A program made the translations under genes and the position numbers. 35,507 nucleotides of DNA from an uncultured bacterium (GTDB lineage: Bacteria; Planctomycetota; UBA1135; JAKEFM01), in assembly GCA_967798035.1 (NCBI GenBank), contig CBRGOK010000001.1:1-35507 (forward strand), given 5' to 3'. The notes under the pieces were generated by a model, which saw only the letters and a list, made by a program, of their open reading frames with translations, was not told the DNA's origin and did not search any database. Below, one piece after another: positions 16,924 through 24,410 of this stretch (position 1 is its first letter; every line of letters starts with the position of its first letter).

Positions 16924-18417
16924 TCAGCGTGGACGCCCCTCGCCGCAACGGCGGTTCTCGACGACGTAGCGCACGAACGTCCGGTGCCACCATTCGCCGG
17001 TCTCCCGCCGCCGCGCCCGATCCGTGAAGGTGTACTTCCAGAGGCCGAGGCGGATCGCCTTCGGAGGAACCTGAGGGAACGGGTCGGGATCGAAGAGGCC
17101 GCGCACGGAGTCCGGCTTCTCACAGATCCAATCGAGCAGGCGCGCGAGGTAGGCGGCCCTCCCGCCGAGGGGGAAGAACCAGAGCTGGAAGTCGACGCGC
17201 GGCTGGTGGGGCGCGACGAACGGAGGCCGTCTCTTCGGGTCGCCCGGCTTCCACCGGAATTCGAAGGGTCTCCACTCCCTCCCGTCCGCGGTCCCCTCGA
17301 TCACCGCCTCGTACCGCTCGAGAGTCATCGACGCGAAGAGGTGGTAGGAGTTCACCGACCGGTAGGGGCCGTAGAACTCGTGGATCTCCCCGGCGGCCGC
17401 GTAAATGAAGGGGAGGACCGGCTCCCGGCGAGGGCGCAGGACGACGAGCGCGAAATCGGCGACGGAACAGAGGACGACGGCACCGGCGAGTATCCGGAGC
17501 GCGATTCTCGGGAGGAGCGGGCGAGGTGGAGGCTCGGTCGGGGGGGGCAGCTCCGGCGCGGCGGGACGTCGCAGGAGCGCGCGCAGGCGCGCCGAGGCCC
17601 ACTCGAGGTCGCGGTCCTCGAGGAGGAAGAGGTGGAGGAGGATCGAGAGGTGGTTGAAGAATCCGTAGTTCGCGGTGAGGAGGATCCCGAGCTGGAAAGG
17701 GAGGAGCGCCGCGAGGGCGGCCAGTCGCGCCGGTCGCGGCGCCCAGACCGCGAAGGGGAGGACGAGCTCGGCGAAGAGGGAGAGGAAGGCGCTCGCCCGG
17801 AGCACGCCCGCCGGAAGCTGGTGGGCCCACCAGCCGAGCGCGGTCGGGATCTGGGCGGTCTCGAAGTAGGCGACCATCGCCGTCCCGTCGCGCCAGGTCG
17901 GATCCCCCAGGGCGAGCTTCGAGACGCCCGACTCGAAGAGGAGGCGGAAGAGGAGCCAGCGTCCGAGGAAGAGCCCCGCCCCCGAGGGGGGCCGGCCGCG
18001 CCGGCCCATGAAGATCGAGACGAAGGAGGCCTCGAGGAGGAGGTTGTCCCACTGGAACGAGAGGAAGTCCTGCCCGATCGAGGCGAAGGAGAGGTAGAGC
18101 GCCCAGAGGCCGATGCGGAGGGCGATCGGGGCGCGGCCGAGGACGAGGGGAATCGAGAGGGCCGCCCCGAGCCACGCGGAGGTCACCAGGACGGCGTCGC
18201 CGTGCGCGATCCAGAAGATCGTCGGCACCCTGTGGAATCGCTCGACTCCGAGGCTCCGCGCGACGGCGGCGAGGAACTCCCCCGCCGGGAGGAGCCCGTC
18301 CTCCCCGAGGAGGGTCCGGACCTGGACCGCGAGGGAGACGAAGGCGTCGAGGAAGACGAGGCCGAGGAGCCGCAGGAAGAGGTCGCGGACCCGCTCGTGC
18401 CTCGCCCCTCCCGTCAC
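16924..18417 (-). CDS. Lipase maturation factor (LMF1/HTTM-like) family polytopic membrane protein
   Basis: The GTG at 18417-18415 overlaps the upstream stop (GTGA). LMF hallmarks: FLSFQWDNLLLE, LTANYGFFNHLSILL, VNSYHLFASMT..YEAVIEGTADGREWRPFEFRWKPGD..RPPFVAPHQPRVDFQLWF. The N-terminal 630 aa of the track ORF are R/P/G junk. Confidence 0.85.
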   Translation of the reverse strand: MTGGARHERVRDLFLRLLGLVFLDAFVSLAVQVRTLLGEDGLLPAGEFLAAVARSLGVERFHRVPTIFWIAHGDAVLVTSAWLGAALSIPLVLGRAPIALRIGLWALYLSFASIGQDFLSFQWDNLLLEASFVSIFMGRRGRPPSGAGLFLGRWLLFRLLFESGVSKLALGDPTWRDGTAMVAYFETAQIPTALGWWAHQLPAGVLRASAFLSLFAELVLPFAVWAPRPARLAALAALLPFQLGILLTANYGFFNHLSILLHLFLLEDRDLEWASARLRALLRRPAAPELPPPTEPPPRPLLPRIALRILAGAVVLCSVADFALVVLRPRREPVLPFIYAAAGEIHEFYGPYRSVNSYHLFASMTLERYEAVIEGTADGREWRPFEFRWKPGDPKRRPPFVAPHQPRVDFQLWFFPLGGRAAYLARLLDWICEKPDSVRGLFDPDPFPQVPPKAIRLGLWKYTFTDRARRRETGEWWHRTFVRYVVENRRCGEGRPR

Positions 18418-20840
18418 GCCTTTCGCCGGCCCGTGGCGCCGGGGAGCGAAGCGAAGCGGAACGGCTCGGGGAGCGGCGCGAGCGACTGGAGGCCCGCGAG
18501 CAGGCGAGGAGCGACTTCGGGGCGCCGATCGAGCGCGCCTTCGAGGTCGCCATGGAGGGGCAGGGCACGCCGTAGCTCGGCGAGGAGCCGCGTCCTCTCT
18601 CCGGGAGGAACGGCCTCGAGCGTCCGCGCGACGATCCGCGCCGCCAGCCCGGCGAAGGCCTCCGCCGCCCCGAGCGTCGGGGCGAGGAGGCCGCGGTGGA
18701 GGGAGAGGAGCGCCGTCGCCTTCGGGGTGCTCACCCCGAGCCGGGCGCGGACGACCGCGAGGTTCACGACGGGGGGGAGGCCTCGCCCCGCGCGGAGGTC
18801 CTCTCTCGTCTCCTCCGCCGTGGAGAGGACGAGGCGGACGGCCTCCTCGTAGGGGAGGTCCGCGAGGGAGGCCGTGATCCGGGCGGACCGATCGACGAGC
18901 TTGCCGTTCGTCGGCAGGACGTAGGTCATCCAGTTCCCCCGCACCCGGCCGAGGGAGACCATCACGACGGTCGAGAGGGAGTTGAGCAGGAGCTTGAGGA
19001 CGAGGGATCGGGGAAGGTCGAGCGGGCTCCGGGGGACGCCCTCGACGAGGACCGCCTCGTCGTGGGGGAGGAGCTCGGCTCGCGCGAGCCCTCGGGAGGA
19101 GACCGCGATCCAGGCTCGCGCGGCTCCCTCGGCCCCCGCGCGCGCGAACGCACGCCCGACTAGGGAGCCCGGCCGTCGCGCCGCCTCGAGGTCCTCCTCC
19201 ATCCCCACCGCGACGAGGAGGTTTCCGCGCCCGAGGGGCCTCTCCTCGAGCGCGCCCTCTCCGCCGATGCGGAACCGGAGGACGGCCTCGCGGCCGATCG
19301 CGGGCGCCGCGCCGCCGAAGCGGGCGAACCCCTCCTCCCCGAGGAGCCGGCGGTAGGTCGGGACCTGCCACTCGAGGGCGCGGATCTCGCGCCCGAGGAG
19401 CCGGCGCCAGGCCTCCTCGTTCGTGGCGGCCTCGAGGATCAGCGAGGCCGGAGGCGCCTTCGCCTCGGGACGGTCGACGGGCCGGAAGGGAGGGAGCGCG
19501 AAGGTCGGGGAGCGCTCGGTCGTGTCGGTGAGGAGGACGAGCGCCGACTCCTCCCCCGCGAGGTAGAGGGTGAAGCCGCGGCCGGGGTCGAGATCCCTCG
19601 GCGCGTCGAGATTCCCTCCCTCCCGATAAGTCCGCGCCTCGAGGCGGGCGAGCCGGGCGAGCGCCGGGATCGCCGCGGCGGCCCACTCGGGGATCCGCGC
19701 CGAGGCGCGGGCCGCGCTCCGGATGTCGTCCGGGGGGGAAGGAAAGCCGAGCGCGGCGAGGTCGGCCGGCCCGAGCCTCCTCGAGAGGACTCGGCCGAGG
19801 GCCGCCTCGAGGACGCATCCGAGGACGAGCGTGTCGATGCTCGCCGCCTGCATCCGCGTCGAGCCGGTCAGCGCCTGCGGCCCGGTCGCGAGGCCGATCT
19901 TCCGGATCCTCGCCTCCGCGAGCACCCGAGCGCTGCGCTCGACGCCGCGGAGCACCTCGTCGGGGTTGTTGTAGACGAAGAAGGCGCGCGCGCCGCGCTC
20001 GAGCGCCCCCCAGGCCGTGCCGATGACGTGCGTCGTCTCCCCCCCCTCGGTCACGGCGAAGAGGACGTCGCCGGGCCCGACGCCGAGCTCCCGCACCTGC
20101 TCGCGCCCGAAGGACTCCTCGTCCTCGAAGTGCTCGACGGACCGGATGAGCGCATAGTCCCCGCCGGCCATCGCGCCGAAGACGCGCTCCGCCGGGTCCG
20201 AGGAGAAGACCGCGCGCGCGCGTGCGGCGAGCTCGGGGTTCTCCCGGCCGGCGCGCCGCCAGAACCCGCGCCAAGCCGATTCGAGGAGCAGGCTCAGCCT
20301 CCCGGTCGCGCCGCATCCGGTGAAGAAGATCCGGCCTCCCGCGGCCAGGGCCTCCGCCGCGGCGTCGACGGCGGGGTCGAGGACCCCCGACTCGGCCGCG
20401 CGCGCGAAGGCGGCCGGGATCTCCCTGTCGACGGCGTTCAGGAGGGCCAGCCCCTCCTCGACGTCCCGGTCCACGACGCGGCTCAGGTCCGACGTCTTCG
20501 GATGGGGCTGTTCGGTGAGCAGGTGGCCGAGGCGGAAGCGCGACCCTTGGCGCAGGAACGCCTCCGCTTCGGCGCTCCGCGGAGGTCCGTCCTCGAAGCC
20601 TTCGGCCAGGTTCGCGAGTTCGAGGGCCCAGAACTCGAGGTCCGCGCGGATCCGTTCGGCGGCTCCCCGGTGCCTCTCGACGAGGGCGAACAGATCCTTC
20701 GGCGATCCCGTCGAGTAGACGGGATGCTGCGGCTCGGTCGAGACGGATCGAAGCGAGGCGAGAGCCGCCCGAAACGCCGCCGGACCGGGGTCGGGCTCGA
20801 ACAGCGCCCGCAGGGTGCGCGGGACGGTGCGGGCTGTCAC
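18414..20840 (-). CDS. GKRP/MurQ-like double-SIS-domain protein (808 aa)
   Basis: GTG start at 20840. MurQ/GKRP-type motifs: LLTEQPHPKTSDLS, IFFTGCGATGRLS, VTEGGETTHVIG, then VRGNWMTYVLPTNGKLVDRSARI near the C-terminal third. A roughly 300-aa insert lies between the two halves, and extra N- and C-terminal regions are present. Confidence 0.8.
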   Translation of the reverse strand: MTARTVPRTLRALFEPDPGPAAFRAALASLRSVSTEPQHPVYSTGSPKDLFALVERHRGAAERIRADLEFWALELANLAEGFEDGPPRSAEAEAFLRQGSRFRLGHLLTEQPHPKTSDLSRVVDRDVEEGLALLNAVDREIPAAFARAAESGVLDPAVDAAAEALAAGGRIFFTGCGATGRLSLLLESAWRGFWRRAGRENPELAARARAVFSSDPAERVFGAMAGGDYALIRSVEHFEDEESFGREQVRELGVGPGDVLFAVTEGGETTHVIGTAWGALERGARAFFVYNNPDEVLRGVERSARVLAEARIRKIGLATGPQALTGSTRMQAASIDTLVLGCVLEAALGRVLSRRLGPADLAALGFPSPPDDIRSAARASARIPEWAAAAIPALARLARLEARTYREGGNLDAPRDLDPGRGFTLYLAGEESALVLLTDTTERSPTFALPPFRPVDRPEAKAPPASLILEAATNEEAWRRLLGREIRALEWQVPTYRRLLGEEGFARFGGAAPAIGREAVLRFRIGGEGALEERPLGRGNLLVAVGMEEDLEAARRPGSLVGRAFARAGAEGAARAWIAVSSRGLARAELLPHDEAVLVEGVPRSPLDLPRSLVLKLLLNSLSTVVMVSLGRVRGNWMTYVLPTNGKLVDRSARITASLADLPYEEAVRLVLSTAEETREDLRAGRGLPPVVNLAVVRARLGVSTPKATALLSLHRGLLAPTLGAAEAFAGLAARIVARTLEAVPPGERTRLLAELRRALPLHGDLEGALDRRPEVAPRLLAGLQSLAPLPEPFRFASLPGATGRRKA

Positions 20841-20895
20841 GGTCGGGGGAGGGCTCCGGGTCCGCCCGATTCTAGGAACTCCCCCGGGCCCCCCC

Positions 20896-21567
20896 TCAAC
20901 CGGAGGCGCTTCCCAGGACGTCGTAGCGCGCGCGCTCGTGCGCCTCGACCGGGTCGATCCCCTTCGCGATCCAGGCCTTCACCTTCTTCTCCGCGGCCGC
21001 GCACTCCTGCACGATCCGGAGGACCTCCTCGGCGCGGTCCCAGGGAACGAGGACGACCCCGTTGACGTCCGCGACCACGAGGTCCCCAGGCCGGACGAGG
21101 ACGCCGCCGAGCCCGACCTCGACGCCGCGGCCGCCGAAGGCGCAGCGGCCGCGGACCGACTGCTGGATCACCCCCCGACCGAACGCCGGGAAACGCAGCG
21201 TCTTCATCTCGTCGACGTCGCGCGTGACGCCGTCGATCACGACGCCCGACAGTCTCCTGCGCCTCGCGGTGTAGGAGGCGATGCCGCCGAAGGAGTTCAC
21301 GTCGAGGTGTCCCCCGTGGTCGATCACGAGGACCTCGCCGGGGCCCGCGGCGGCGATCGTCTCGAGCGTCCCGCGGACGGGCGAGGCGGGCCCCTCCGGC
21401 ACGAGGCGCATCGTCGCGGCGCGGCCGGCGATCCTCGGGCAGCCGCTCCAGATCGGGAGGATCCCTCTCGGGGCGCCCTTCAGGTTCAGCCGGTCGAGCG
21501 CATCGGAGACCGTGCAGGTCGAGTGCGCGAGGAATCGCCGCACCAGGTTGGCGGGGTTGGGGGGCAT
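20896..21567 (-). CDS. RraA-family protein (RNase E regulator / HMG-CHA aldolase-like fold)
   Basis: ATG at 21567 (MPPNPANLVRRFLAHSTCTVSDALD), followed by VLVIDHGG, NSFGGI, GVVIDGVTRD, PAFGRGV and GDLVVADVNGVVLVP. Confidence 0.85.
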   Translation of the reverse strand: MPPNPANLVRRFLAHSTCTVSDALDRLNLKGAPRGILPIWSGCPRIAGRAATMRLVPEGPASPVRGTLETIAAAGPGEVLVIDHGGHLDVNSFGGIASYTARRRRLSGVVIDGVTRDVDEMKTLRFPAFGRGVIQQSVRGRCAFGGRGVEVGLGGVLVRPGDLVVADVNGVVLVPWDRAEEVLRIVQECAAAEKKVKAWIAKGIDPVEAHERARYDVLGSASG

Positions 21568-21699
21568 GACGCGACCCGTCGCGATGGCGAACCTACGGCG
21601 GCGGGCGGCGCGGTTCGAGGCCGCTCTCGTTCCGCGGCGGGAGCCGCCGGGGCTATCCTCCGGCCGGGCTCCCGGAAGAGGGCCAAGGAGAGCGCCGCC

Positions 21700-24321
21700 G
21701 TGAGAAACGCATCGCGTGCCGTCCTCGTCGTCCTCCTCGCCGCCTGCGCGGGACCGGGGGGAAGGAGGGCCGAGGCGTGGCGAGACCCGTCGAGGCCGCC
21801 CGAGAAGCGCGCCGCGGACCTCCTCTCCCGGATGACGCTCGAGGAGAAGGCGGCACAGCTGCGCTGCAGCCTCTCCGACCCGGAGGAGAAGCCCGTGATC
21901 CCGGCGGAAGGGATCGGGAACCTCGGGACCTTCCTCCGTCCGTTCCCCGCCGCCGAGGCGGCGGAGAAGGCGAACCGCGTGCAGCGGATCGCGCGCGAGA
22001 AGACCCGGCTCGGCATCCCGATCCTGGTCCACGACGAGGCGCTCCACGGCCTCGTCGGGAAGGGGGCCGCCTCCTTTCCCCAGGCGATCGCGCTCGCGGC
22101 GACCTTCCACACGGACCTGATGCTCGAGGTCGCGACGGCGATCGGGAGGGAGACGCGCAGCCGCGGCATCCACCAGGCGCTCTCGCCCGTCGTCAACCTC
22201 GCGCGCGACGTCCGCTGGGGCCGGGTGGAGGAGACCTACGGGGAGGACCCCCACCTCTCGGCCCGCATGGGGGTCGCCTTCTGCCGCGGGCTCGAGGGGG
22301 CGGGAGTCATCACGACGCCCAAGCACTTCGCCGTGAACGTCGGGGACGGCGGGCGGGACAGCCAGGCGATCGACCTCCCGGAGCGGATGCTGCGCGAGAC
22401 GGAGTTCGTCCCCTTCGAGGCGTGCTTCCGCGAGGCGGGGGCGGGATCCGTGATGGCGGCCTACAACTCGCTCAACGGCCTCCCCTGCTCCTCGAACCCC
22501 TGGCTCCTCACGGACATCCTGCGGAAGGAGTGGGGCTTCCGGGGCTTCGTGGTCTCCGACTACGACTCGGTCGGCGGGATCGTGAGCCTCCACCGAGCCG
22601 CGGCCTCGAAGAAGGAGGGCGCGGCGCGCGCGCTCGGGGCCGGCCTCGACGTCGAGCTTCCCAAGGTCGAGCTCTACGGCCCTCCCCTGCTCGAGGCCCT
22701 GCGGGAGGGGCTCGTCCCTCGCGAGGCGCTCGATCGCGCCGCCACGCGGGTCCTCGAGGCGAAGTTCCGGCTCGGCCTCTTCGAGGACGCGAGCGTGGAT
22801 CCGGGGCGGGCCGCGGCCCTCGCCGACTGCGCGGAGCACCGCGCGCTCGCCCGGCGCGCGGCGCGCGAGGCGATCGTCCTCCTCCGCAACGAGGGGGATC
22901 TCCTCCCGCTGCGCAAGGATCTCGGGGCGATCGCCGTGATCGGGCCTCTCGCGGACGAGGTCCGCCTCGGCGGGTACAGCGGCTCGGGGATGAAGACCGT
23001 GAGCGCGCTCGAGGGAATCCGGGCGAAGGTCTCGCCCGGGACGAAGGTCCTCCACGCCCGGGGCTGCGAGATGGCCTCCGCCCTTCCGGCGATCCCTCCC
23101 GATTTCCTCCGTCCCGAGGGGGGGGACCCGCAGGCCCGGGGCATGCGGGGCGAGTACTTCGGCAACCGCGACCTCGAGGGGAACGCGGCCCTCGTGCGCA
23201 CGGACGAGCGCGTCGACTTCGACTGGAGCGGGGGTTCGCCGGGCGAGGGGGTCAAGGCGGACGACTTCTCGGTCCGCTGGACGGGGAGGATCGTCCCTCC
23301 CGAGACCCGGGCGTACGAGATCTCCGTCACGACCGACGACGGCGTCCGGCTCTGGATCGACGGCCGCCTCCTCGTCGACTCCTGGACCGACCGCTCCCCG
23401 ACGACCGACCGGGTCTCCGTCCGCTGGACGGCCGGGGAGCCCCACGACCTGCGGCTCGAGTACTACGAGCGGGGAGGCGGGGCCGTGGCGCGGCTCGGCT
23501 GGGACTGGAGGTCGGGCGCGCTCCTCGAGGAGGCGGTCGAGGCCGCGAAGGCTTCCGACGCCGCGGTCGTCCTGGCCGGGATCGAGGAGGGGGAGGGGCG
23601 CGACCGCGCGAGCCTCGACCTCTCCCCGGCGCAGGAGGAGCTGATCCTCTCGGTCGCGTCCGTCGGGAAGCCCCTCGTCGTCGTCCTCGTCGGCGGAAGC
23701 GCGGTCACGATGGCGCGCTGGATCGGGCAGGCCCCGGCGATCCTCGAGGCCTGGTACGGAGGCGAGGAGGGGGGGAGCGCGCTCGCCGAGGTCCTGTTCG
23801 GCGACGTCAGTCCCGCCGGCCGCCTCCCGATCACCTTCCCGCGGTCCGTCGGGCAGCTCCCCCTCGTCTACAACCACCGCCCGACCGGCCGCGGCTACGA
23901 CTACGTCGACCTGTCGGGGCGCCCCCTCTTCGCGTTCGGGCACGGGCTCTCCTACACGAGGTTCGAGTACTCGAACCTGCGGATCGAGCCGGCCGAGATC
24001 CCCCCGGCGGGGCGGGTCGAGGTCCGCGCCGACGTGAAGAACGTCGGATCCCGCCCGGGGGACGAGGTCGTCCAGCTCTACCTGCGCGACGAGGTCGGCA
24101 GCGTCGTGCGCCCGGTGAAGGAGCTCCGCGGGTTCCGGCGGATCGCGCTCGCTCCCGGAGAGACGCGCACCGTCGCCTTCGGGCTCGGACCGCGGGACCT
24201 CGCCTTCCCGGGGCCGGACGGGAGGCCGATCGTCGAGCCCGGGTCCTTCCGGGCGATGGTCGGAGCGTCCTCCTCCGACGTCCGGCTCGAGGGCGAGTTC
24301 CGGGTGACCGCGGCCCGCTGA
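21700..24321 (+). CDS. GH3 beta-glucosidase with PA14 insertion and Fn3-like C-terminal domain; lipoprotein/secreted
   Basis: AAGGAG lies 9 nt upstream of the GTG at 21700. Signal: RNASRAVLVVLLAAC. GH3 motifs: LVHDEALHG, KHFAVN, nucleophile region GFRGFVVSDYDSV. PA14: GMRGEYFGNRDLEG...FSVRWTGRI...DDGVRLWIDGRLL. C-terminus: GHGLSYTRFEY, VVQLYLRD. Confidence 0.95.
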   Translation: MRNASRAVLVVLLAACAGPGGRRAEAWRDPSRPPEKRAADLLSRMTLEEKAAQLRCSLSDPEEKPVIPAEGIGNLGTFLRPFPAAEAAEKANRVQRIAREKTRLGIPILVHDEALHGLVGKGAASFPQAIALAATFHTDLMLEVATAIGRETRSRGIHQALSPVVNLARDVRWGRVEETYGEDPHLSARMGVAFCRGLEGAGVITTPKHFAVNVGDGGRDSQAIDLPERMLRETEFVPFEACFREAGAGSVMAAYNSLNGLPCSSNPWLLTDILRKEWGFRGFVVSDYDSVGGIVSLHRAAASKKEGAARALGAGLDVELPKVELYGPPLLEALREGLVPREALDRAATRVLEAKFRLGLFEDASVDPGRAAALADCAEHRALARRAAREAIVLLRNEGDLLPLRKDLGAIAVIGPLADEVRLGGYSGSGMKTVSALEGIRAKVSPGTKVLHARGCEMASALPAIPPDFLRPEGGDPQARGMRGEYFGNRDLEGNAALVRTDERVDFDWSGGSPGEGVKADDFSVRWTGRIVPPETRAYEISVTTDDGVRLWIDGRLLVDSWTDRSPTTDRVSVRWTAGEPHDLRLEYYERGGGAVARLGWDWRSGALLEEAVEAAKASDAAVVLAGIEEGEGRDRASLDLSPAQEELILSVASVGKPLVVVLVGGSAVTMARWIGQAPAILEAWYGGEEGGSALAEVLFGDVSPAGRLPITFPRSVGQLPLVYNHRPTGRGYDYVDLSGRPLFAFGHGLSYTRFEYSNLRIEPAEIPPAGRVEVRADVKNVGSRPGDEVVQLYLRDEVGSVVRPVKELRGFRRIALAPGETRTVAFGLGPRDLAFPGPDGRPIVEPGSFRAMVGASSSDVRLEGEFRVTAAR

Positions 24322-24360
24322 AGTCCCCCCCCGCGCGTTTCCGCGGCGAGGGACCTCGAT

Positions 24361-24366
24361 TAGCAT
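24361..24366 (+). promoter_or_regulatory. -10-like hexamer TAGCAT
   Basis: It lies 44 nt upstream of the GTG at 24411 and 7 nt upstream of the 20-bp palindrome. No -35 is seen. Confidence 0.25.
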
Positions 24367-24373
24367 TCGGGCA

Positions 24374-24393
24374 GGCGACCCACGTGGGTCGCC
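24374..24393. promoter_or_regulatory. Perfect 20-bp palindrome GGCGACCCAC/GTGGGTCGCC (operator or RNA hairpin)
   Basis: Exact reverse-complement symmetry centred on CACGTG. It is located in the 89-bp GH3/amidase spacer, 17 nt before the GTG at 24411 and 8 nt before AGGAG (24402-24406). Confidence 0.5.
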
Positions 24394-24410
24394 GCATCGA
24401 CAGGAGCCCC

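Noticed and set aside
15679-18852. 1057-aa plus-strand ORF, and the similar 21777-24410 leader portion of the 1736-aa ORF.
   Set aside because: These are antisense or out-of-frame shadows of the DmpA, LMF and GH3 genes. The composition is E/R/G/P-rich junk with no motifs.
21612-21620. GGTTCGAGG resembling a tRNA T-loop in the RraA/GH3 spacer.
   Set aside because: The flanks do not form a 5-bp T-stem, and no acceptor, D or anticodon arms can be drawn in the 132-nt spacer.
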